The notes under the pieces are model-generated. The model was not told the DNA's origin. It saw only the letters and a program-made list of their open reading frames with translations, and did no database searches. Below, one piece after another: positions 38,143 through 47,635 of a stretch of 64,000 nucleotides of DNA (position 1 is the first letter of the stretch; every line of letters begins with the position of its first letter). The position numbers and the translations under genes are program-made. Source of the DNA: Parcubacteria bacterium RAAC4_OD1_1 (GTDB lineage: Bacteria > Patescibacteriota > Minisyncoccia > Phycocordibacterales > UBA9973); the NCBI GenBank assembly GCA_000505065.1, contig AWSN01000001.1, positions 559,929 through 623,928 of the forward strand. Reading direction: 5' to 3'.

Positions 38143-39204
38143 ATGAAAAAAATGAAAGTATTAGATCTTTTTTCTGGTGTTGGTGGTCTTAGTTATGGTT
38201 TTAAAATGGCAGGTTTTAATATCGCAGGAGCGATAGATTTTGAAAAATCATTTGTTGAATCAATGAAAAAAAATCATTCACATACAGAAGTATTTTGGGG
38301 TGATATAAGAGATATAGAACCAGAAAAAGTAAAAAATAAAATAGGAAATATTGATATTATAGTGGGAGGTCCACCATGCCAAGGTTTTTCTCTTAAGGGA
38401 CAAAGAAAAGGTCTTGAAGATGAAAGGAATTTTTTATTTAAAGAATACATAAAATATATAGCTTACTTTAAGCCGAAGTTTTTTGTTATGGAAAATGTTC
38501 CTAACATTCTTAGCGAAAAAGATGGTTACTTTAAAGATCAAATATTAAAAGAATTTAATAAATTAGGATATAAGGTTACATATGGTATTTTAAATGCTTC
38601 GGATTTTGGTGTTCCTCAGAACAGAAGAAGGGCTATTTTTTTAGGAACAAGATTAAAAAAAGAAATTGAACTCCCAAAGAGAATTATAAAAGAAAAAGTT
38701 ACAGTTTGGGATGCTATTTCTGATTTAGCATATTTGGATTCCGGAGAAGGATATTTTGAATCAAATTACAAGACAAAACCATTATCAGAATATCAAAAAA
38801 TATTAAGAAAAAATTCTAAAAAATTATTTAATCATCAAGCAACAAATCATTCAGTCATAGCAATTGATAGATTAAAACGAATACCACCAGAGAAAGGAAA
38901 AGAGTATTTACAAGAAAGGATATCTTCTACTTTTGGTCAAACATGGGGAAGATTGGAAAAAAATAAGCAGAGCCCAACAATTGTTACAAGATTTGATACA
39001 CCTTCAAATGGAAAAAATTCTCACCCTTTCTTAAATAGAGCAATTACCCCTAGAGAAGCTGCTAGAATACAATCTTTTCCAGATCATTTTATTTTTTATG
39101 GTAATAAAACATCAGTAAATAAACAAATAGGTAATGCTGTTCCTCCTTTGCTTGGCAAAGCTATAGCAGATAGTATAATAAAGTATATAAGACAAAATAA
39201 TTAG
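38143..39204 (+). CDS. DNA (cytosine-5)-methyltransferase
   Basis: DLFSGVGG, GGPPCQGFS, ENV, PQNRRR, QIGNAVP. Confidence 0.96.
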   Translation: MKKMKVLDLFSGVGGLSYGFKMAGFNIAGAIDFEKSFVESMKKNHSHTEVFWGDIRDIEPEKVKNKIGNIDIIVGGPPCQGFSLKGQRKGLEDERNFLFKEYIKYIAYFKPKFFVMENVPNILSEKDGYFKDQILKEFNKLGYKVTYGILNASDFGVPQNRRRAIFLGTRLKKEIELPKRIIKEKVTVWDAISDLAYLDSGEGYFESNYKTKPLSEYQKILRKNSKKLFNHQATNHSVIAIDRLKRIPPEKGKEYLQERISSTFGQTWGRLEKNKQSPTIVTRFDTPSNGKNSHPFLNRAITPREAARIQSFPDHFIFYGNKTSVNKQIGNAVPPLLGKAIADSIIKYIRQNN

Positions 39205-39208
39205 TTTT

Positions 39209-39850
39209 ATGATAAACCAAGTACACAACATAGATGCCTTGAAATTACTAAAAGCTATTAAAGATAAATCAATTGATCTTTTTTTAACAGATATCCCTTA
39301 TGAAAAAGTTAATAAAAAATCAAATGGCTTAAGAAAATTGGACAAAGAAAAAGCTAACACAAAAACATTTGAATTGAAAGATTTTCTTGTTCAGGTAGAT
39401 AGAGTAACAAAAGGAAGTGGATATATTTTTTGTGGAAAGGAACAAGTTTCTATAATTTTTGAATTCTTTGACCAAAAGAAATACACAACAAGATTAATGA
39501 TCTGGGAAAAAACAAATCCAAGTCCAATGAATTGTCAATACTCATGGATGAGCGGAATTGAAACTTTTATTTATTTTAAGAAACCGAACGCTACGTTTAA
39601 TGAACATTACAAAAATAGTGTTTTAAGATTCCCGAATGGTCAAAGCAAGAAACATCCAACAGAAAAACCATTAAAATTATTTAAATATTTAATAGAAGTT
39701 AGTTCTAATAAGGGTGATTTAGTTTGTGATCCATGTGTAGGTTCTGGTACTACAGCTGTAGCTTCTAAAATGCTAAGTAGAAATTTTTTGGTTGGTGATA
39801 TTGATGAAAATTATTGTAAGTTAACACAAAAGAGACTAATTATTAGTTAA
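39209..39850 (+). CDS. DNA N6-adenine/N4-cytosine methyltransferase (beta class)
   Basis: TDIPY motif IV precedes HPTEKP and DPCVGSGTT motif I. Confidence 0.9.
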   Translation: MINQVHNIDALKLLKAIKDKSIDLFLTDIPYEKVNKKSNGLRKLDKEKANTKTFELKDFLVQVDRVTKGSGYIFCGKEQVSIIFEFFDQKKYTTRLMIWEKTNPSPMNCQYSWMSGIETFIYFKKPNATFNEHYKNSVLRFPNGQSKKHPTEKPLKLFKYLIEVSSNKGDLVCDPCVGSGTTAVASKMLSRNFLVGDIDENYCKLTQKRLIIS

Positions 39851-39861
39851 TTTTTTATTTT

Positions 39862-41028
39862 ATGATAAATATTAATCAATTATTAAATAAACCAATTGAA
39901 ACCTTATTAGCAGTTTTTTTTAATACCACTAAAAATAAAGAAAATAATTTTGAAGTATGTTCAAGATATCGTCAAACTAAATTTGCTAAATTACCTAAAA
40001 ATTCATATGAACAGACAGCTATTAGTTTATCAAATAAATATAAATTAAATTTCAATTCTAATGGAAAAGGGTTAATTATTTCAATTATTAATAATAATCA
40101 TAATTATGATCTTAATGATTTTTTAAATGTCGTTTATGATTCAATTGTTGTTAAGTTAAATAAATTACCTAGTAATTATTTACTTGATGTTGAAATAGCT
40201 TTAGCTCTATTTATGTTTCGTGGAAGTGTAGATTTTAATAGGAGTTTTTATTCTGTTGATTTAAAAAATCCCACAAAGGATTACATTGATAATTTTTTTA
40301 AGGTTCTTTTATCATCAGATGATTTATTATCTCGTCTAAATTTAAATTTCCGCGAATTACAACCCCAATATGTTGAAGGTAGAAATTTAAGAAACACACA
40401 AGTCAGAATAAACTTAAAGTGGTTTTATGATAATGTGATATTAAATTTTAGTAATATTAATAAATATAAAACAGATATTTTTTTTAAAAATATTGCGAAG
40501 TTAGGAGAAATAAGAAAATATAATATTTTTGAAGAAAGAATAATATTATATAAACAATCTATTTTTGGTAGAAAATTAAATAAAAATGAAATAAATAAAC
40601 TTAGAAATGAATTACAATTTAGTTTAAATGATGAACAAACTAAGGGTAATAAATTTTCTATTAGAAATCAAAAAATTGTTTCTTACGCAAGAGAAATATT
40701 TAATGATGTTTGTGTTGGTTGTAATTATACTTATAATATTAAAGATCGTTCTTTTAAAATGCCACGAAACGATAGATATTATTTTGAGATAAATCATGTT
40801 ATTGCTTATTCTAGTGATTCTGTTGTGGTAGATGTATTAGATAATTTAGTAAAACTTTGTCCTACTTGCCATAGAGCTTTAACACCTGGAAGAGCTTATG
40901 AGGAATTACAAAAAACAATTATAAAAAATATGTTAAATTCTAGAAAAGAAGTAAGTAGATTTGTTGATTTAATGAAACCAAAAGAATTTAAGTCGTCTAT
41001 TGATTATGTATATAAAATGTTGAAATAA
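39862..41028 (+). CDS. HNH-type restriction endonuclease (putative)
   Basis: C-terminal CVGC...FEINHVIAY...DNLVKLCPTCHR; follows two MTases. Confidence 0.8.
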   Translation: MININQLLNKPIETLLAVFFNTTKNKENNFEVCSRYRQTKFAKLPKNSYEQTAISLSNKYKLNFNSNGKGLIISIINNNHNYDLNDFLNVVYDSIVVKLNKLPSNYLLDVEIALALFMFRGSVDFNRSFYSVDLKNPTKDYIDNFFKVLLSSDDLLSRLNLNFRELQPQYVEGRNLRNTQVRINLKWFYDNVILNFSNINKYKTDIFFKNIAKLGEIRKYNIFEERIILYKQSIFGRKLNKNEINKLRNELQFSLNDEQTKGNKFSIRNQKIVSYAREIFNDVCVGCNYTYNIKDRSFKMPRNDRYYFEINHVIAYSSDSVVVDVLDNLVKLCPTCHRALTPGRAYEELQKTIIKNMLNSRKEVSRFVDLMKPKEFKSSIDYVYKMLK

Positions 41029-41050
41029 TTTTCATAATTATTTTTAATAA

Positions 41051-41659
41051 ATGAAAAAAGAAATCCTTGAAATTTTTAAAGAAAATGTTGATATTAATCG
41101 TCTTATGAAAGATGAACAGAATATTAATATTAGTTATAAGGATAACTCATATTTTATTTCATATGTTGAATTTTTAAAATATTTTAAGGATTTAAATAAA
41201 ATAACAATACATAATATGATTATCGGTATAAATTTTACTCATGGATGGATGCCTACTATTTTTGATTTCAGATCTAATAATTTTGATGAAGTTGTTAAAA
41301 TATTAAATAATACCAAACAGGGAATAATTCCTAATATAGACCAGCTAGAAATTCTTAAAAAATGTTTCAATAATTCATTAGTTGGATCTTCAAAGATTTT
41401 ACATTTTATAAATCCAGATAAATTTGCTATTTGGGATAGTCGAGTATTTCGTTATTTAACTAATAAAAAATATGGAATTGATAATTGTAAATATTATTTA
41501 GATTATTTAAAATTTTTTGAATATATAACAAATAAACCGGAATATAATAAAATTCACGAATCAATTATAAATAAAGTTGATTATGAAATGACAAAATTTA
41601 GAACATTAGAACTTATTATGTATATTAAAGGGAAGAAAAATAAATTAAATAAAATATAA
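41051..41659 (+). CDS. hypothetical protein, HhH-glycosylase-like motif
   Basis: LVGSSKILHFINPDKFAIWDSRV. Confidence 0.5.
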   Translation: MKKEILEIFKENVDINRLMKDEQNINISYKDNSYFISYVEFLKYFKDLNKITIHNMIIGINFTHGWMPTIFDFRSNNFDEVVKILNNTKQGIIPNIDQLEILKKCFNNSLVGSSKILHFINPDKFAIWDSRVFRYLTNKKYGIDNCKYYLDYLKFFEYITNKPEYNKIHESIINKVDYEMTKFRTLELIMYIKGKKNKLNKI

Positions 41660-41801
41660 TAATTATGCATTCAAAAACCTAACTCAAAAAACCAAAAATC
41701 ATAAATTTTAAATTTCAGGGGAAGGAGAATTGAGATCCGCCAAAAGGAAGACCTTTATGATGACAAAATGGTAAATGTCCAAATGGGTGTTTGGTTTTAG
41801 A

Positions 41802-41832
41802 AACTAGCCACAAGTCCGACTTGTAGCTAATT
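41802..41832. repeat. palindrome with AGT-CCG-ACT core, copy 3 (divergent arms)
   Basis: aactagccacaagt-ccg-acttgtagctaatt. Confidence 0.55.
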
Positions 41833-41940
41833 TTTCTTTTATTAAAGAGCTTTGGGTTGAGAGAAGTAATCTGTTTGACTTTTGGGGTGGGTGTGATAAG
41901 GTTTAGAAAAAATACATTGTTTAACTTAAAATTTTTAACT

Positions 41941-42222
41941 ATGAAGGAAATTGTTTTGAACAGTAATGAAGTAAGACTTCTTCGTAAAGTTGAAAAAGCT
42001 GGTTATGGGTTTTTTGTCCCAGTTTCCAGCTTTTTGGAAGAGTTTAAGGACGCTTCTGAAGAAGATGTTCTTCCTGAATTGGTATTGAAAAAGGATGAGT
42101 TTGAAGATGTTGTCGAGATGATAGAAGACTATCTGTGCAATGACGGTCTTTCAGACGAAGATTGGCCATCCAAAGAAGAGGAGTCCGAACTAAGAAACCT
42201 TTTGGAAAGGTTGGAGGCTTGA
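41941..42222 (+). CDS. acidic hypothetical protein
   Basis: 93-aa ORF followed by a terminator at 42231-42270. Confidence 0.6.
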   Translation: MKEIVLNSNEVRLLRKVEKAGYGFFVPVSSFLEEFKDASEEDVLPELVLKKDEFEDVVEMIEDYLCNDGLSDEDWPSKEEESELRNLLERLEA

Positions 42223-42316
42223 AGAGTTTAACAGGGTGTTGCATGTAGTCATACAACACCCTGTTTTTTTGTATTTTTTAAAATTAAAATATTTTTTTGT
42301 GTGATATAATAGATTT

Positions 42317-42760
42317 ATGAAGAAAAACAAATATATAATAATTTTTACAGGGGTAGTGCTTATAGGTGTAGCTTTTGTGTTTTTCAATTCACAGAAATGT
42401 AGTGGTGCAGAATGTGAGGTGAAAGAGATGAGAGTAGAAAAATATGATATTTACAATGAAATGAATCCAGAAACTTTACCCACAAAAGTTTTAAATGGGG
42501 AAGTTGTACTTTTAGATGTGAGAGAAGATTCTGAATGGAGCGATGGCCATATAGAGGGTGCACTCCATTTACCACTTGGAGAAATAAATGAGGAAAGTGT
42601 AATAAATCTTCCAAAAGATAAAGAAATATACATATATTGTAGGTCTGGCAGGAGAGCGGGAGAAGCTGAAACAATATTGAAGTCATTAGGATTTTCAAAT
42701 GTTTTAAACATAGGTGGAATAAACCATTTTGTAGAAAGGGGAGGTAAGTTGGTGAAATAA
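42317..42760 (+). CDS. rhodanese-like domain protein, membrane-anchored
   Basis: LLDVRE..EW..GHIEGA, IYCRSGRRA. Confidence 0.92.
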   Translation: MKKNKYIIIFTGVVLIGVAFVFFNSQKCSGAECEVKEMRVEKYDIYNEMNPETLPTKVLNGEVVLLDVREDSEWSDGHIEGALHLPLGEINEESVINLPKDKEIYIYCRSGRRAGEAETILKSLGFSNVLNIGGINHFVERGGKLVK

Positions 42761-42805
42761 ACATATTGCCTTATATTGTCTTTTAGTGTAGATTTATACA
42801 GTATT

Positions 42806-42880
42806 GGTCCCGTCGTTCAATGGATAGGACGCAACTTTGCGGAAGTTGCGATGCAGGTTCGATTCCTGCCGGGATCACCA
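42806..42880 (+). tRNA. tRNA-Arg(GCG)
   Basis: GGTCCCG/CGGGATC acceptor, anticodon arm CAACT-TT GCG GA-AGTTG, T-arm GCAGG-TTCGATT-CCTGC, encoded CCA. Confidence 0.93.
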
Positions 42881-43160
42881 AGCGTGAATTTAAAAAGACT
42901 GAACTGCTTCAGTCTTTTTCGCTTGGTGATGATCGCAGTGTTGTTTTGTTAGCAGACAAAACCACGAGGGGTGGACTGCGAAAATTTCGAGCTACGGCGA
43001 GAAATTATTTGTAGTCACAAGATTGTAAGGACGAGCAAGCAAACTGCTTTGCTTGCGTGCAGGAATCGAAAACCTTAAACTTAATATTTGAAATTTAATA
43101 ATTTCAAATATTAAGAAAGGTCTACTGTTCTCGTAGAGAAAGATATCCTACCGGAATTAT
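42881..43160. repeat. tRNA-associated palindromic element
   Basis: Inverted tRNA end cgcttggtgat; core gagcaagcaaactgctttgcttgcgt followed by the antisense T-arm gcaggaatcgaa; degenerate sense 3' copy at ~43145-43160. Confidence 0.65.
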
Positions 43161-43200
43161 AAATTAAAAAAAGACCAAACTGGTCTTTTTTATATTTTTC

Positions 43201-43674
43201 CTAAAATCCGATTTTTTCGGCGAACAAAACAGAGTTGGATTCTTTGAGTTCAAGAATTGGTAAAACTTTTTCTAAATTCTCCCTCAATTCTTCTACTTGA
43301 ATATCTTTTATTGGGACGGTATAGTGGGGGAGTATTTTTCTTTTAAGTTCAATAAGAAGCACAGAACCATTTTCTTTTTTCTTTATTGTAAATCCATTTA
43401 TTTTCCCCCATTCAAAGAAATCTCTACCCATAGTCATACCTTTATTATCAATCGAGAAATAAATCTCTTGCGGTGCCCTTATTGCAAAAAGGATCATCGT
43501 CCCACCAGAGACAAGTATAAATATAGCCAGTAAATAATTATGGAGCCAGATGCTCACTATCGCCCCTATAACTGCGATAAGTCCTACTGTCCAATACCAA
43601 TCGGGGTTTTTTTCTTTATGATTGTATTCACTTTCAGTCCACTCTATTTTATTTATTTGTACTTCTTTTTCCAT
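43201..43674 (-). CDS. hypothetical membrane protein
   Basis: EW.E.EY.HKEK..DWYW motif, two TMs, PH-like tail. Confidence 0.75.
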   Translation of the reverse strand: MEKEVQINKIEWTESEYNHKEKNPDWYWTVGLIAVIGAIVSIWLHNYLLAIFILVSGGTMILFAIRAPQEIYFSIDNKGMTMGRDFFEWGKINGFTIKKKENGSVLLIELKRKILPHYTVPIKDIQVEELRENLEKVLPILELKESNSVLFAEKIGF

Positions 43675-43693
43675 CTCTTTATATTATACCATC

Positions 43694-44851
43694 TTATTTT
43701 TTAATAGAAAGGGAAGAAACAGCTTTATATACAGTTTCTTTTACTCCTTTATCAAACATACTTGGAATTATTTTTTCTTTATTTGGATTTTTTATTAATT
43801 TAGCTAAACTTTCAGCTATTTTTATAAAAATCTTGTTTTCAAATTGGGGAATCTTTTTATCAAGCATCGCCTTGAATGCCCCAGGGAAAACTAGGGAATT
43901 GTTTATCTGATTTGGGAAGTCAGATCTTCCTGTTGCCACTATAAGAGCCCCAGCTTTTTGGGCTTCATCGGGGAATATTTCAGGAGTAGGATTTGCAAGT
44001 GCAAAAATTATTGGGTTTTTGTTCATACTCTTTACCATATCTATCGTTAGAGTTCCTGGCTTTGAAAGTCCAATAAATACATCAGCTCCTTTGACAGCAT
44101 CTTTTATTTCTCCTTCTTTTACATTTGCGATACTTTTCCCTATAAGTTCTATTTTTTCTTTCGTAAGGCTAGCTCTTTCTTGGTGGATGATACCTTTACT
44201 ATCACAAAATGTTATATCTTTTATTCCGTAATCTAAGAGAAGTCTTCCTGTAGCAACTCCAGCTGCCCCTACACCCACTATCACTACTTTTGCTTTTTCT
44301 TTTTTAATTTTAGCAATTTTCAAAGCATTGATGAGTGCAGAGAGTGTCACTGTCGCTGCACCCCACTGGTCATCATGCATTACTGGGATGTCGAGCTCTT
44401 TGCGAAGTCGCTCTTCTATTTCAAAGCAACGTGGAGCTGAAATGTCTTCTAGATTTATTCCACCGAAAACAGGAGCGATTTGTTTTACTGTTTTTATTAT
44501 TTCCTCGGTATCTTTCGTATCAAGGCAGATTGGAAAAGCATCAACTCCACCAAATTCTTTAAAAATTGCAGCCTTTCCTTCCATAACAGGGATAGCAGAG
44601 AGAGGACCCAAATCTCCAAGGCCTAGTATTGCAGTACCATCAGAAACTATCGCAACCGTATTTTTCTTTATGGTGTATTCTCTTGCTAGACTTTTATTTT
44701 GAGCGATTGCCTCACAGACTCCAGCTACTCCTGGGGTATAAGCGATAGATAAATCATCTCTATTTTTTAATTTAACTTTACTTTTTACTTCTAATTTGCC
44801 ACCGTATTTTTTATGCAAAATAATTGCTTCTTTATATTTTTTGTTTATCAT
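43694..44851 (-). CDS. NAD(P)-dependent malic enzyme
   Basis: AYTPGVA, DGTAILGLG, PVMEGK, NLEDI, HDDQWG, GVGAAG, ATGRSDFPNQINN. Confidence 0.95.
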   Translation of the reverse strand: MINKKYKEAIILHKKYGGKLEVKSKVKLKNRDDLSIAYTPGVAGVCEAIAQNKSLAREYTIKKNTVAIVSDGTAILGLGDLGPLSAIPVMEGKAAIFKEFGGVDAFPICLDTKDTEEIIKTVKQIAPVFGGINLEDISAPRCFEIEERLRKELDIPVMHDDQWGAATVTLSALINALKIAKIKKEKAKVVIVGVGAAGVATGRLLLDYGIKDITFCDSKGIIHQERASLTKEKIELIGKSIANVKEGEIKDAVKGADVFIGLSKPGTLTIDMVKSMNKNPIIFALANPTPEIFPDEAQKAGALIVATGRSDFPNQINNSLVFPGAFKAMLDKKIPQFENKIFIKIAESLAKLIKNPNKEKIIPSMFDKGVKETVYKAVSSLSIKK

Positions 44852-44854
44852 AAT

Positions 44855-45358
44855 TTATTTTTGTGAGTTTTTTAATTTTAGAGCCAAGTCTTTTAGTTTT
44901 TCGAGATCTGCCATTTTACTTCCAGCAGATATTATGTAGCCATCATACTTTTCAATCCAAATATCTTCTTTATGAGAAAAAAGTAGTTGCTCCCATTTGC
45001 CACCTTTTAAATGACCTGTCCCATGCATAGGGAAGAGCTTGGTGTGGATATGATTTATACCCATTCCTTCAATGATAAACCCTACTCGTCCGACATCTTT
45101 GAAATAATTTTCTAAAACCTTCGCCGCTTTTTTAGAAGCAATAATAAGCTTACCCAAATCCTCATCTGGTAATGAAAGTGGATCTGAATCAAAATGTTCT
45201 TTAGAAATAACCACAGAGAATCCTTCGGTATTTGGATCTATTGCAAGGAAACACATATGAGTATCACTTTCCCAAAATATTGGGGCAGGGATATTACCTT
45301 TTACAATTTCACAGAAAACACATTTATTATCTTTGGTTGTTGGTTCATATTTTGCCAT
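44855..45358 (-). CDS. HIT family hydrolase
   Basis: CVFCEIV, HIHTKLFPMH. Confidence 0.85.
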   Translation of the reverse strand: MAKYEPTTKDNKCVFCEIVKGNIPAPIFWESDTHMCFLAIDPNTEGFSVVISKEHFDSDPLSLPDEDLGKLIIASKKAAKVLENYFKDVGRVGFIIEGMGINHIHTKLFPMHGTGHLKGGKWEQLLFSHKEDIWIEKYDGYIISAGSKMADLEKLKDLALKLKNSQK

Positions 45359-45421
45359 ATTTTTATTATAGCACTTAATTAAAACTTGAAAAAATAACAA
45401 AAATAATGTAATGTATTACTC

Positions 45422-45508
45422 GGAAGCGTGGCTGAGTGGTTTAAGGCACTTGTCTTGAAAACAAGGGACTATGAAAGTGGTCCGTGAGTTCGAATCTCAC
45501 CGCTTCCG
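45422..45508 (+). tRNA. tRNA-Ser(UGA)
   Basis: GGAAGCG/CGCTTCC, CTTGT-CT TGA AA-ACAAG, long variable arm, GTGAG-TTCGAAT-CTCAC, discriminator G. Confidence 0.96.
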
Positions 45509-45578
45509 CAGGAAAAATAAAGTATCGGAAGACTCATAGGCATATATTTTGATATGTCTATTTGTTTTTTCAACTATT

Positions 45579-45854
45579 CTAAAGATTAGCTCTTAACCAA
45601 TTAACAACTTCTGGTTTAAGATTTAAGCTACCCCAATCTTTACCTATTTCTATAACAAGTAATTTATCATTTGAATGCATTAATGGTTGTAGTCTTCTAG
45701 CTATATCTATCGCTGTTAAATCACTTTTTATTATAAAAACAGATTCAAGTGGTTTAGACCAATATGCAACTTTAGTTATTGCATTTCTTAGATTTTGATA
45801 AGAAGTTATAGGTTGTCCACCTATTAAATCATATGATATTAAATAATTTTTCAT
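45579..45854 (-). CDS. small Cas2/VapD-like ferredoxin-fold protein
   Basis: YLISYDL...PLESVFII...NDKLLVIEI. Confidence 0.55.
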   Translation of the reverse strand: MKNYLISYDLIGGQPITSYQNLRNAITKVAYWSKPLESVFIIKSDLTAIDIARRLQPLMHSNDKLLVIEIGKDWGSLNLKPEVVNWLRANL

Positions 45855-45855
45855 T

Positions 45856-46779
45856 TTAATTAGTTACTTGTTCATTATTTAATAAAGATGAGTCAACCCC
45901 GACCACAGAGGACCCCACAACAACTTCATTTTCTACAATCTCTTTTTCATTATCAAACAACGGAACATAATTCTTTTCTGTTATATATTTTATAAATTCT
46001 TCTAAATTTAGAATCGAAAACAATTTACCTGATTTATCATGAAACTCTTTTACTAAAGATCTTCTTGGAAAAATTTTATCATTTCTCTTTTTTTCTTCCC
46101 AAAAATCATCTTTAGTTTCCTCAGTAACAAGAATTATTGGTTTTGATAAATTTTCTGAATAATCAAGTATCTGAAACCATGCTATTGTATCACCATTACT
46201 TTTACCAATATCTGATACCCCAGGTTGTTTTTTAATTCTTGCTCTTTTATTTATCTCCGATTCTATTGCTGATTTTTTATCATCATCATAATCATTCCCA
46301 ATTTTATCTTTTAAGATTTTTTCTAATCTTTTTAAAATTATGTCATTTTCTGGTTCTCTCCAGTCAGGATTACATTTATTTTTATTAATTTTATTTTTTT
46401 GTCTAGTGATTGTATTTTGTAAATCTTTTACTATAGAGTCTATTTTAAGAGTAAAATGCTCTTGATCATTAAAATAACTTGAATATAAGTCTTTTTCTAA
46501 TGAATCTAATTTCCCAATAACTATTTCTTTTCTTTTAAATTCTTGGTCAATTCTATCTTTTCTATTCTTATAGAATTCACTACAGAATTGATAAGGTATC
46601 CAAACTCTATCTTTTTTCGATAAATCATCCATCATTTTTAAAATAGAATTTCTCTTTTTATTCTTATATCCATACAATCTCAAAAGAGCACACGCATCAA
46701 ATACAAAAATTGCATTTTTCTTCATTCGGATTAATTCTTTCTTTGTTGGGTGATAATATTCCCAAAAACTATCTTTCAT
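45856..46779 (-). CDS. PIN-like domain protein
   Basis: IFVFDACALLRLY, WIPYQ, PG..D, GDTIAWFQIL, VTEETKDDFW, LVKEF. Confidence 0.75.
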   Translation of the reverse strand: MKDSFWEYYHPTKKELIRMKKNAIFVFDACALLRLYGYKNKKRNSILKMMDDLSKKDRVWIPYQFCSEFYKNRKDRIDQEFKRKEIVIGKLDSLEKDLYSSYFNDQEHFTLKIDSIVKDLQNTITRQKNKINKNKCNPDWREPENDIILKRLEKILKDKIGNDYDDDKKSAIESEINKRARIKKQPGVSDIGKSNGDTIAWFQILDYSENLSKPIILVTEETKDDFWEEKKRNDKIFPRRSLVKEFHDKSGKLFSILNLEEFIKYITEKNYVPLFDNEKEIVENEVVVGSSVVGVDSSLLNNEQVTN

Positions 46780-46781
46780 AA

Positions 46782-46955
46782 TTATATTTTTATTTTAATA
46801 ATTTTACCCTTATTTTGACAATTTCCGTTTGTACATTCAAATTCAAAATATCCATTCCATTTATGTGCAGATTGCCCTTCTTCCATTTTTCTAGCAAATG
46901 GACCTATTTGATGCATTAATTCATTACATTTTTCACAGTTAATATTCTGTTCCAT
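46782..46955 (-). CDS. zinc-ribbon microprotein (57 aa, not in ORF track)
   Basis: MEQNINCEKCNELM...FECTNGNC; ends 2 nt before the PIN gene start. Confidence 0.55.
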   Translation of the reverse strand: MEQNINCEKCNELMHQIGPFARKMEEGQSAHKWNGYFEFECTNGNCQNKGKIIKIKI

Positions 46956-46996
46956 GTGTCTAATTATAGAACAAATATAGATTTAATTAAATACCC

Positions 46997-47548
46997 CTAA
47001 ATTATATTAATAATTCCATCCATCATCTTAATCTTTGATTTAAAGCATCCCATTAATTCTCTCTTCTCTTCATTTGAACCACTTCTGAGCACATACTTGG
47101 CGTAAGTTTTAAGATTAATTTCCTTATGCTTTTTATTTGAATTATTTATCTCAAGTACTCCTTTATTAAAATTATTTATCCTCTTCGATTCTTCTTCAAA
47201 CTTAATTTGCAATCCAACATCATTCACATCTATTTTATCTATCAACTTTATAAGTTGCTCTATTAACTCTTCTTCTCTTAAATATTCATTCTTACAGTGC
47301 CTATCTTTCGATCTTCCACATCCATAATAAATATATTTAGCTACCGTTCCATTCTTAAGTTTTTTGTATTTCTCTTCAGCTGATATTCCAGAACCACATA
47401 AACCACAGGTCATTAATTTAGTGAATGCAAACTCATGATTCTCTCTTAATTGCTCTTTTGCTTCCTTATTCCACCTTCTTGGATTATACTCACAAGGTTT
47501 TAGAGTATTAATGTCTGCATACTCTATTTTCAAGTTATCTTTCGACAT
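46997..47548 (-). pseudogene. chimera: ParB-like N-terminal stub fused to a large serine recombinase zinc-ribbon/C-terminus
   Basis: INTLKPCEYNPRRW (ParB-N start) joined to FAFTKLMTCGLCGSG...YIYYGC...C.NEYLREEEL; no catalytic resolvase domain. Confidence 0.65.
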
Positions 47549-47635
47549 AATGTTTTTAAAATTAAACTAATAAATCGTGAGGCCTTCACGATTTAAGTAA
47601 AACATAATGCAAAATATCATTTGGAAACTAGTGAA

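Noticed and set aside
41666-41800. Possible gene remnant after the second R-M locus
   Set aside because: Short broken frames with no motif I could recognise
42820-43014. 64-aa ORF
   Set aside because: Overlaps tRNA-Arg and its trailing hairpins
45579-45854. CRISPR-Cas locus
   Set aside because: Only a Cas2-like motif; no cas1 and no regularly spaced repeat array seen in the window
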